Part shown: positions 47,501-56,571 of the stretch, piece by piece
Layout: every line of letters starts with the position of its first letter
How positions within the stretch are numbered: the first letter of the stretch is position 1
IMG/VR virus record: IMGVR_UViG_3300021961_000090
Location: 1 to 63,334 of that record
DNA length: 63,334 nucleotides
Origin: a virus
Lineage: Duplodnaviria > Caudoviricetes
Reading direction: 5' to 3' (one strand)
The notes under the pieces: generated by a model
What the model was told of the DNA's origin: nothing
What the model saw: the letters and a program-made list of their open reading frames with translations, nothing else
Databases searched by the model: none
Position numbers and translations under genes: made by a program

Positions 47501-49909
47501 ATGCCACTACAGCAGCTACAGTTCAGGCCTGGCGTCAATCGCGAAGGCACGACGCTGGCCAACGAAGGCGGTTGGTTTGAATGCGACAAGATTCGTTTTC
47601 GCTCTGGGTACCCTGAAAAGATTGGTGGCTGGACGCCGATTACCAACCAGACTTATGACGGTGTAGCTAGGAATCTAATTAACTGGATTACTAACAAAGG
47701 TTACAACCTGCTGGGGGTTGGTACTAACACTAAGTACTACATTGAGAGCGGTGGCTTCTACAACGATGTCACGCCGTTTCGCGTCTTTGCTGTTACAAAT
47801 ACAGCAGCAAATATCTTTTCTGTTACCAACACGTCGGCCAACGTCACAGTTACTGTTACCAATCACAATCTTGTGGCGGGCGATGTTGTTTACTTTGAAA
47901 ACTCCAGTGCGGTAGATGGTATTCCTGCGGCGCAACTAAACACGCGGCATCTTGTTGCATCAGTCACAAATGCGAATGCGTTTGTGGTAACAGTTACTTC
48001 TTCTGCCAACAATACTACGACAGGCGGCGGCAACGTTACCTACAGCCTGTATCCATTCCAGCAGCGACTAATAGATCCGTTTACGACGGTCAGTGGTTCT
48101 GACATTGTGACCGTTACAGATTTCAACCATGGTGCAATTAACGGAGATACGGTGTTCTTCTCCGGCGCTAGTGCGGTAGGCGGCCTGACTATTAATGGCG
48201 GTTATGAGATTACGTATATTGATTCCAATACGTATACGATTGACACAGACTCACCGGCATCTTCAAGTGCTACAGGCGGCGGTGAAGTTATTGCAGAGTA
48301 TGAAATAAATATTGGTCTGCGTATATTTACTTCTTCGACTGGTTGGGGAGCTGGGCGCTGGGGTGGATTTAGCACCAACGCGGCGGTAGATTATTTGAAC
48401 GGTGCGATTAACGCATCAGCCACCACAATCACTGTAGATTCTACAGCTGGTTTTTCAACAACCGGTACGATCTTAATTGATCAAGAACTAATCACATACA
48501 CTGGGAAAACAGGCACTACGTTTACTGGTTGCACACGCGGGACAAACGGAACAACAGCGGCTTCTCATAACGACAACGCTACTGTTTACAACGCTAGTAC
48601 GTTTAATGGCTGGGGTCAGTCTGCGGACACATCTACTGGCACGCAGTTGCGGTTGTGGAGCGCAGCTAACTATGGCGACTATCTCATCATCAATCCCAGA
48701 GATGGTGCGCTGTACATGTGGATACCAGAGTACAACATCAGTGATGAATTAGTTACGCTGACCACACATGCCAAGTTGCTATCGCTTGATAGCCCTGGGC
48801 TATACGAAACAGACGCCAGCTGTCCAGTAGTTTCAACCATGGTGATGGTGTCGGATTCGTCACGATTTGTCATATCGTTTGGGTGCAACGATTACGGATC
48901 TACGGATCAGAATCCTATGTTGGTGCGCTGGTCAGATCAGGAAAACTATGCGCTGTGGACGCCAGCCATTACTAACCAAGCAGGTAGTTTCCAGCTAAGT
49001 GCTGGGTCTTACATTGTCACAGCGGTACAAACTCGGCAAGAGATTCTGGTAATTACTGACAGTTCTATTTGGTCTATGCAGTACGTCGGCCCACCGTATG
49101 TGTGGAGCTTCAACATTCTGTCGCACAACATTTCCATTATTGGTCCAAACGCCATATCGGCGGCTAACAATATTGTGTACTGGATGGGAATGGACAAGTT
49201 CTACATCTACACTGGTCGAGTAGAAACGTTGCCTTGTTCGCTGCGTCAGTATGTTTACAACAACATCAACATGGATCAGAGCTTCCAGTTCTTTGCTGGA
49301 AGTAATGAGGCGTACAGCGAGATCTGGTGGTTCTATTGCTCGGCTAATTCAACGGTGATTGACCGTTACGTTATATACAACTACTTGGATAAGGTTTGGT
49401 ACTACGGCACGTTGGAGCGCAGTGCGTGGTTGGATTCGTCATTGCGTGAGTATCCGATGGCAGCAACGTACAACAGGTCGATTGTGTTTCATGAGAATGG
49501 TGCTGACAACGTGGAGCTTTCGGGCGAGATAAACCCGATTGAGGCGTATATCCAATCTTCAGACTTCGATATTGGTGATGGTCATAACTTTGGTTTTGTG
49601 TGGCGCATCATCCCTGACATCACATTTGATGGGTCTACAACGCCAGCGCCAAATAAGCCGGAGGTTACGTTTACCGTGCGTCCGAGGCAAAACCCTGGCG
49701 CAGCTTATGGCTCAGGTGCAACGCCGACAGTTGAATCAGCACAATCGTATGCGAACCAAAGGCAGTACACGGTTCAAGAGTTTACGGAGATTGTGTACAC
49801 ACGGGTGCGCGGGCGTCAGATGGCGTTCAAGATCAGTTCCAACACTATTGGAACACAGTGGCAGCTAGGTGTGCCGCGAGTGGATGTGCGTCCTGATGGC
49901 AGGCGTTGA
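47501..49909 (+). CDS. Tail nozzle/stabilisation protein
   Basis: 802 aa, beta-rich; RFRSG.PEKIGGW, RWSDQE, RGRQ, PDGRR. Confidence 0.65.
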   Translation: MPLQQLQFRPGVNREGTTLANEGGWFECDKIRFRSGYPEKIGGWTPITNQTYDGVARNLINWITNKGYNLLGVGTNTKYYIESGGFYNDVTPFRVFAVTNTAANIFSVTNTSANVTVTVTNHNLVAGDVVYFENSSAVDGIPAAQLNTRHLVASVTNANAFVVTVTSSANNTTTGGGNVTYSLYPFQQRLIDPFTTVSGSDIVTVTDFNHGAINGDTVFFSGASAVGGLTINGGYEITYIDSNTYTIDTDSPASSSATGGGEVIAEYEINIGLRIFTSSTGWGAGRWGGFSTNAAVDYLNGAINASATTITVDSTAGFSTTGTILIDQELITYTGKTGTTFTGCTRGTNGTTAASHNDNATVYNASTFNGWGQSADTSTGTQLRLWSAANYGDYLIINPRDGALYMWIPEYNISDELVTLTTHAKLLSLDSPGLYETDASCPVVSTMVMVSDSSRFVISFGCNDYGSTDQNPMLVRWSDQENYALWTPAITNQAGSFQLSAGSYIVTAVQTRQEILVITDSSIWSMQYVGPPYVWSFNILSHNISIIGPNAISAANNIVYWMGMDKFYIYTGRVETLPCSLRQYVYNNINMDQSFQFFAGSNEAYSEIWWFYCSANSTVIDRYVIYNYLDKVWYYGTLERSAWLDSSLREYPMAATYNRSIVFHENGADNVELSGEINPIEAYIQSSDFDIGDGHNFGFVWRIIPDITFDGSTTPAPNKPEVTFTVRPRQNPGAAYGSGATPTVESAQSYANQRQYTVQEFTEIVYTRVRGRQMAFKISSNTIGTQWQLGVPRVDVRPDGRR

Positions 49910-50583
49910 TGGCAAATCTACCGGACAGACTAATACCGCTGAAATCCCCAGCTTTACCGTTGGGGCCAACAGAGTATTCGCGCCAGTATCAAGACCAGCT
50001 TAATAGCATCTTACGTCTGTACTTTTCTTTAATAGATAGTCAAAGCCAAGCGTTGTTTTCTAATACTGGCGGGCGGTTTCTGGCTATGCCGCACGGGTCT
50101 TTTTATGACACTGAGACACAGAGCGATGGCATTGATACTCCGAATGCCGTCCAACTGAACAGTACGTTCGTTGACGAAACAATAGGCTTTTCCATAGAGA
50201 ACAACGCTAACGGCAATCCAACAAGGGTTGTCTCTGAGTATTCCGGTATTTACAACTATCAATTTAGTTTACAGCTTGAAAACCAAGACAACTCACAACA
50301 TGAAGTTGCAATTTGGGTAAGAATTAATGATGAAGATGTAGATAGCACGTCTACCTTAGTTACGGTTCCAGCTCGAAAGTCGGCATCTATTTATGGGTAT
50401 GCCGTGGCGGCATGGAATTTTGTGTTGCCCATGCAGGCTGGCGATTATTTTGAATTAATTTGGGCTACTGGCAGTACGCTGGTAACTCTCCCTGCGACAG
50501 CAGCGCAAACATCACCTTATCCAAGGCCGGCAGTTCCTTCAACAATACTGACCGTTTCTTTTGTTTCCGCGATACCCGCGTGA
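49906..50583 (+). CDS. Tail-associated protein
   Basis: LRLYF, GIYNYQFSLQL, AAWNF, PSTILTV. Confidence 0.6.
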   Translation: MMANLPDRLIPLKSPALPLGPTEYSRQYQDQLNSILRLYFSLIDSQSQALFSNTGGRFLAMPHGSFYDTETQSDGIDTPNAVQLNSTFVDETIGFSIENNANGNPTRVVSEYSGIYNYQFSLQLENQDNSQHEVAIWVRINDEDVDSTSTLVTVPARKSASIYGYAVAAWNFVLPMQAGDYFELIWATGSTLVTLPATAAQTSPYPRPAVPSTILTVSFVSAIPA

Positions 50584-50614
50584 TACTATTGACAAAACTT
50601 TCTAAAGGTGCGTT

Positions 50615-52939
50615 ATGAGCCTTCATACTCTAGCTCAACAACTCCAAAGCGCTGGTAGGGGCGATGACAAACTCTTGGTTCACATGACCCCGCGTGAGGT
50701 TGGTGGACTACAGCAGCTGGCCATGGCGCACGGTGGTAGTTTAAGTATTAACCCACAGACTGGATTGCCAGAGGCTGGGATCTTAGGGAAGCTGCTTCCC
50801 ACTGTGTTGGGATTTGCGCTCGGCCCAGCGGGCATGAACATTTCATTTGGCGGCTTATCCAGTGCGGCTTCTGCTGGATTAATTTCCGGTGCGGTCGGCA
50901 CTCTTACCAGCGGCAGTCTGGGCAAAGGCATCATGGCTGGTCTAGGCGCTTATGGTGGCGCTAGTTTAGGGCAGTCGTTGGTGAACGCAGGCGGCGGTAT
51001 TGGTCAAACATTCCCATTAACCGCTCCTACCCCTACCCCCACCCCTTCCTTAGCCAATATTCCTCCTCCTAAAGTTCCGCCAGTACTACAAGCCGCAACA
51101 GATCCATCTATGGGTGGTATGACAACCGGACCGCAGGGGGTACCAGTTTCAACAACAGGTAAGCCATTTGCTAACTGGGCGCAGGGAAATTTGGGTACAG
51201 GTGTAAAACCGCTTGATGTAAAAATTTCACAACCGTCAACAGATTTGCTTGGCGATAGACTTGGTGCCGACCGTATGAGGGCAGCCGGCAGAGGCGCTGC
51301 AAAAGTATTTGAAAGTCCAGAAACAGCATGGAGTTTTGCAAAAGAGAACATGCCATCTTTAGCGGCTATTGCAACATCTGCATCTAGCGACATTTTTGCT
51401 GGCCCACCTAAAGAAAAAGAAAAGTCTAAGGGCATGGAGAAGTACCGTTACGTCTATGACCGGCAGCCAATAGGCGTTGCGGCCTCAAGATCTGCTGAGC
51501 GCGACTACTTCCCCGGCGCTCGTTATGAACCAACAGGTGAATACTACGCGGCAGGCGGTGGGCTGATGGGGTTGGCCAATGGCGGCACGGTAGAGGATAT
51601 GTCCCGCTTAAATGCAATCGGCGCTAACACTGGCTATCCTATGGCAAATCAGATGTCATCAGGATATGCAACGCCCGCAGAGCGCCCAATATCAGAGAAT
51701 GTGATCCGTCCTCAAGGAGATGCCAACATAGATCCGTATACGGGTGAGCAGAAGTTTGCTGATGGTGGGTATACGCCACCGCAGGAGTACCGTCGTTATT
51801 ACGGGGAAGGCAAGCCTCCGGGAGAAGATTACTATTACGTAAGTGGCGGTATGGGGCCAAGTTATTACATGTATCGTTCCGCCGGCGGGGCTGATGCAGA
51901 TAGTGCAGGCGGCGTTTCAGGTTTCTTTGATCCAAACTACTTCAATCCCAAGACTGGTACATACGGCACTACAACGGCTGCTACGCCAAAGCTTGGCACT
52001 GAGGCGGTAGAGCAGACAAGAGAGACGCTGGAGCCTATGTATCAAAAGTATTTTGGGCGCGGTATTGATGAGGCTGGACTGGCAGCGTACACCGCCCGTC
52101 CATTCTCGGAAGCTGAGCTAGACAAAATCTTTACTGGATCAGAAGAGTACAAGCCTATTGCGGCGGCCAAAGCAGCGGCAGCAAAAGAAGCGAGCTACGC
52201 CACGCCTGAGCAGGCGGCAGACATTTATGAACGCGTAATGGGCAGGCAACCAGATATTGGCGGGTTGAAGTATTACGCTAAAACAAACCGCATGACTCCA
52301 GAAGAAATGGAAAAGTCTTTGCGTGGATCTGAAGAATATTTTTACAACCTAACAAAACCGTTTGTGCCAGCAATTACATACGGGGCTGGCAATATCGCGT
52401 CTATTGAGGGCGCTCCGTATTACGATCCAACTCAATATGGATTTCCTGCAAGTCAAACAAATGCCAGAAATGAAATTAAGGGCATGTATCAAAATCAACT
52501 TGGACGTATAGCAGATCCTCGTGGAGAGCAGTATTGGGCTGACACCATAGGTTCAGATAACCGACTAAGCCAAGAAGATGTAAACAGATTCCAAATTGAA
52601 GCAGCCAAGGAAATGCAATCTCGTCAGGCTGGTTATGCAAGCGGCGGCATCGCCGATCTAGGCGCGTATTCTGACGGTGGCAGATTGTTGAAAGGACCGG
52701 GCGATGGAGTATCTGATTCTATCCCTGCTGTCATTGGTGAGCGTCAGCCTGCTCGTCTTGCTGATGGTGAGTTTGTGATTCCTGCCCGTATTGTGTCAGA
52801 GCTTGGCAACGGATCTACAGATGCCGGCGCCCGCAAGCTGTACGCAATGATGGAAAGAATTCAGAGCGCACGTAAGAAGTCAGTAGGAAAAGGTAGGGTT
52901 GCAACTAATACTAAGTCGGAGAAATATCTGCCTGCATGA
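50615..52939 (+). CDS. Internal virion/ejection protein
   Basis: GRGDD.LLVH, NPQTGLPE, GPGDG.SDSIPA, LADGEFV; DUF4214-like GRxxDxxG..Y repeats. Confidence 0.65.
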   Translation: MSLHTLAQQLQSAGRGDDKLLVHMTPREVGGLQQLAMAHGGSLSINPQTGLPEAGILGKLLPTVLGFALGPAGMNISFGGLSSAASAGLISGAVGTLTSGSLGKGIMAGLGAYGGASLGQSLVNAGGGIGQTFPLTAPTPTPTPSLANIPPPKVPPVLQAATDPSMGGMTTGPQGVPVSTTGKPFANWAQGNLGTGVKPLDVKISQPSTDLLGDRLGADRMRAAGRGAAKVFESPETAWSFAKENMPSLAAIATSASSDIFAGPPKEKEKSKGMEKYRYVYDRQPIGVAASRSAERDYFPGARYEPTGEYYAAGGGLMGLANGGTVEDMSRLNAIGANTGYPMANQMSSGYATPAERPISENVIRPQGDANIDPYTGEQKFADGGYTPPQEYRRYYGEGKPPGEDYYYVSGGMGPSYYMYRSAGGADADSAGGVSGFFDPNYFNPKTGTYGTTTAATPKLGTEAVEQTRETLEPMYQKYFGRGIDEAGLAAYTARPFSEAELDKIFTGSEEYKPIAAAKAAAAKEASYATPEQAADIYERVMGRQPDIGGLKYYAKTNRMTPEEMEKSLRGSEEYFYNLTKPFVPAITYGAGNIASIEGAPYYDPTQYGFPASQTNARNEIKGMYQNQLGRIADPRGEQYWADTIGSDNRLSQEDVNRFQIEAAKEMQSRQAGYASGGIADLGAYSDGGRLLKGPGDGVSDSIPAVIGERQPARLADGEFVIPARIVSELGNGSTDAGARKLYAMMERIQSARKKSVGKGRVATNTKSEKYLPA

Positions 52940-53388
52940 GTGAGCTTGTTTACAAGTGTGAAGACTTCTTTGACTTCTTGCCGGAAATGGAAAAACTCCT
53001 GCCGGTTCACTATGATGAGTTGTGTGTAACAAAAGACTTCCCGCTGGCGCCTGACTATGACCAGTACAGAAAAGTCAACGATGCGGGAATGTTATGTTGT
53101 GTGACGTGTAGATGTGATGATGAACTTATTGGCTACATTATTTTTTTCTTGCAGCCGCACATACATTACAAGACCTGCATGACAGCGTTTGAAGATGTTT
53201 ACTACGTAAGTCCAGAGCATCGCAGGGGTAGAGTTGGAATTAGGCTATTTCAGTATGCAGAGAAGGTGTTGCGTAACATCGGCATTAACAGAATTATTTT
53301 GCACACAAAGATTCATTTAGATAACTCTCGGTTGTTTGAGTATCTTGGATACAAAAACTCCGACAAGGTGTACACAAAATTATTGTAG
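52936..53388 (+). CDS. GNAT acetyltransferase
   Basis: YYVSPEHRRGRVG.RL, FEYLGY. Confidence 0.75.
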   Translation: MSELVYKCEDFFDFLPEMEKLLPVHYDELCVTKDFPLAPDYDQYRKVNDAGMLCCVTCRCDDELIGYIIFFLQPHIHYKTCMTAFEDVYYVSPEHRRGRVGIRLFQYAEKVLRNIGINRIILHTKIHLDNSRLFEYLGYKNSDKVYTKLL

Positions 53389-53390
53389 AG

Positions 53391-54638
53391 GTGGTTATGA
53401 GTTACTCCCGCAGACAGCTTGAAGCCCTTGGCGAACCGTTAGGCGAAAGCGTAACCCGCGTTAAGCCGGGCGGAAGAATTTATGGCGGAGGTGATTCTGC
53501 TGCGCCTACTTCAATGACGCAGACTTCTCTTACGTATGGGGAAGAGTTTCAGCCGTTTGCCAAAGAGTTAATGAAGCGAGCGGGCGCGTTAGCTAGTCAG
53601 CCATACGAACGTTATCAGTACAACCGCATAGCAGGATTTGATCCTATGCAGCTGCAAGCCCAGCAGGCTGCGGCAAATATGCGTGTATCTCCGTATTTGG
53701 GGCAGGCTGGTGGAATTGCTGGCAACGTTGCCAACCGCGCGATGAACATTAATTACACGCCTGCACAATTTCGAGAAGAGCGAGTAGCTGCTGAACGTGC
53801 TGCTGCTGAACGCGCATCTACTGGCCGGTTCACAGATCCCGGTGTCGCACAGTCTTACATGTCTCCGTACATGCAGAATGTGGTGGACATTCAAAAGCGT
53901 GAAGCACAGCGTCAGGCAGATATTGCAGGCACACAGCGTGGTGCTGAGGCGGTGCGGTCAGGCGCGTTTGGTGGATCACGTCAGGCAATTATGGAAGCGG
54001 AAGCCCAGCGTAATCTAGCTCAACAGATGGGTGACATTCAGGCGCGCGGATCTCAGGCTGCATACGAGCAAGCAGCACAGCAGTTCCAGACAGATGAGCA
54101 GCGCAATCTGGCCATGCAGCAGGCTAATATTCAGGCTCAGTTGCAGGCAGCTTTAGCCAACCAGCAGACAGGTTTGGCAGCAGCACTGGCTAACCAGGCT
54201 AAGAATCTTGAGGCACAGCAACTATCGGAACAGTCCCGTCAGTTTGGTGCGGATCTGGGGTTGCGTGGATTGCAAACAGCGCTACAGGGATCCAGTCAGT
54301 TAGGCCAACTAGGTCAGCAGCAATTTGGTCAAGCCAAAGATATCGTGGGTATGCAGGCAACCGCTGGCGCAGAAAGACAGGCTATGCAGCAGCGTAAACT
54401 TCAACAAGATTATGAGGACTTCTTGCAGCAGAAGAAGTTCCCATATCAGCAGTTACAGTTTGCGCAAGAGATGTTGCGTGGCATGCCGATGTCTTCGACA
54501 GAATCAATTTACCGTGCGCCAGCTTCTGCCGCTTCTCAACTTGGCGGTCTTGCTGCTATGTACTTGGGTGGTCAGCGGGCAGGATATTTTGCAAGCGGCG
54601 GTCTGACAGACTTGGCGCTATACAACATGACGAGGTAA
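53391..54638 (+). CDS. Internal virion/DNA transfer protein
   Basis: Gln/Ala-rich; YMSPY.QNV, GAFGGSR. Confidence 0.65.
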   Translation: MVMSYSRRQLEALGEPLGESVTRVKPGGRIYGGGDSAAPTSMTQTSLTYGEEFQPFAKELMKRAGALASQPYERYQYNRIAGFDPMQLQAQQAAANMRVSPYLGQAGGIAGNVANRAMNINYTPAQFREERVAAERAAAERASTGRFTDPGVAQSYMSPYMQNVVDIQKREAQRQADIAGTQRGAEAVRSGAFGGSRQAIMEAEAQRNLAQQMGDIQARGSQAAYEQAAQQFQTDEQRNLAMQQANIQAQLQAALANQQTGLAAALANQAKNLEAQQLSEQSRQFGADLGLRGLQTALQGSSQLGQLGQQQFGQAKDIVGMQATAGAERQAMQQRKLQQDYEDFLQQKKFPYQQLQFAQEMLRGMPMSSTESIYRAPASAASQLGGLAAMYLGGQRAGYFASGGLTDLALYNMTR

Positions 54639-54641
54639 GAA

Positions 54642-56564
54642 ATGGCTATCCCCGGCATTCAAGAGATACAGGCGCTGGCGACTAAGTACAGCAAGCCTCA
54701 GTTGCAGAAGATGGCGCAGATGGGTTTGATAGACCCGACCAAGGCCGTGATGGCTGGGATGATGATCGACCGCATCCAGAAGCAGAACATGCAGCCTCCG
54801 CAGCAGACCGTGGCAGAGGAAGTTATGGGCGCTCCGCAGCCTCCTCAACAGGCGCCACAGCAAATGCCACAGGCAGCAGGCGTGGCTGGGCTGCCTTCTA
54901 ATCTTCCTCCGCAGATGGCAGGCGGCGGGATAGTTGCGTTTGCAGATGGCGGGGATATAGACGATTACGCTGACGGCGGCGTAGTGCGGTTTGATAAGGG
55001 TGGGGCAACAAGATACGATAAATTGTCTACTCCGTATGATGAGTTAATTAATAAAGCTGCAAGAGAATATGGAATTGATCCAGTTGTATATAAACGATTG
55101 CTTGGTACTGAATCAAACTTCAAAACCGATGTGCCATCGTATCGTGGACCAGAATATGGGTATGGGATTGCACAGATTGCAGATATTCATGGATTAACTC
55201 GTGAGCAACGCGCCGATCCAACTGTGGCAATTCCGGCAGGAGCAAGAATTTTTAAGGGCTTTTTAGACAAGGCTGGTGGAGACTACGAAAAAGCTTTACA
55301 AATGTACAAAGGCGCCGTTTCTCCTGGTGGCAAGTCAAGGATGAAAAGCGTAATTGAAAGTATTTTAGAGGGCGTTACCGGTACCTCTGAAGCGCGCGCA
55401 GCAGAGCCAGCCCGTGCAGAGCCAAGTAAATCAAGAACATCGAGCTTGCCAAATGAGCCTGTATACACGTCGGAAGGTGTGCTGTTATATGGTGAAGAAC
55501 CAACTGAGCCGGCAGTACGTCGCACTTTACCGGGGCAGACTTATGAGCCTAGTCTGATCCGAGACATCTTAGAGGGTAGGCCTAACGTACGGATTGCTCC
55601 GCCCAAGAAAGAACCAAAACCTGAAACCGCTCCTGCGCCTGTTCCTGCGCCTGCGCCTAAAGCAGCAGAGAAGGCTGAGCCAACAGTAGAGAAGAAGGCT
55701 GAGATGGGTCCAGCGCGTCCGTCCGCAGAGCAGCGTTTAGAAAGTCAGCTAGCAGGCTTGTCTGGTAAAGCTGGTAAAGAACTTACGGCAGATGAAGTAA
55801 TAAGCGAGCAAGACAGAATGTTTGAGCGGCTGGGGGTCAATAAAGACTTCTTTACCAATCTTCGCAAAGATTACGAATCTACCCGTGGCAAGTTTCAAGA
55901 CCGTGCGGACAAGGCTGCCGGCCATGCGCTGATGATGTTTGGCGCTGGCTTAATGGGCGCTCGGCGTGGCGAGGAGTTTGCAACTGCAAGTAAAGCAGCG
56001 CAGCAATCTCTGATGATGTACATGTCATCTATGGATAAGATCTCTGATCAGGAAGAGAAGTTGAACAAAGACCTGCGTGATCTGGCTATATCTGAAGAGA
56101 ACTATAAGCGTAGTCGTGCAACGTCTGCGCTAGAGGCTGTTCAAAAGAATAGAGAGAAGGTTGCGGACAGACAGGTGCAAATTGCCGAACTGGAAAACAG
56201 AGGTCTTGTTGCATTAACAAATGCCGCTGTAGAAAGATACAAAACAGAAAATCCAGCCAAGTACATGGAGGCCAAAAGGATTGCAGAAGATACCGGTAAG
56301 CCCATTGAAGAAGTTATTAGGATGTTTACTTCTGGTGGCGCTGGATCTGCTGGATCTCTGGCAGACAAAGCCTATGACAATGTAATGAAGAGAGCGCAAG
56401 TTGATTTGTCATTCCAAATGCAAATAAATCGAGATCCTCAAGCATTGCAGGCTGCGATTGACGCAGAAACTAGACGGCTGCAAGGAGGCGGGGCAGCGCA
56501 AGGCGGTGGAGCCGGGGGCGGTGGTGGTAAAGTAGACACCAGTAATCCACTTTTGCGTCAGTGA
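54642..56564 (+). CDS. Internal virion protein with a lytic transglycosylase (SLT) domain
   Basis: AAREYGIDP..., TESNF (catalytic E), GIAQI, ALQMY. Confidence 0.75.
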   Translation: MAIPGIQEIQALATKYSKPQLQKMAQMGLIDPTKAVMAGMMIDRIQKQNMQPPQQTVAEEVMGAPQPPQQAPQQMPQAAGVAGLPSNLPPQMAGGGIVAFADGGDIDDYADGGVVRFDKGGATRYDKLSTPYDELINKAAREYGIDPVVYKRLLGTESNFKTDVPSYRGPEYGYGIAQIADIHGLTREQRADPTVAIPAGARIFKGFLDKAGGDYEKALQMYKGAVSPGGKSRMKSVIESILEGVTGTSEARAAEPARAEPSKSRTSSLPNEPVYTSEGVLLYGEEPTEPAVRRTLPGQTYEPSLIRDILEGRPNVRIAPPKKEPKPETAPAPVPAPAPKAAEKAEPTVEKKAEMGPARPSAEQRLESQLAGLSGKAGKELTADEVISEQDRMFERLGVNKDFFTNLRKDYESTRGKFQDRADKAAGHALMMFGAGLMGARRGEEFATASKAAQQSLMMYMSSMDKISDQEEKLNKDLRDLAISEENYKRSRATSALEAVQKNREKVADRQVQIAELENRGLVALTNAAVERYKTENPAKYMEAKRIAEDTGKPIEEVIRMFTSGGAGSAGSLADKAYDNVMKRAQVDLSFQMQINRDPQALQAAIDAETRRLQGGGAAQGGGAGGGGGKVDTSNPLLRQ

Positions 56565-56571
56565 GGCTTAA

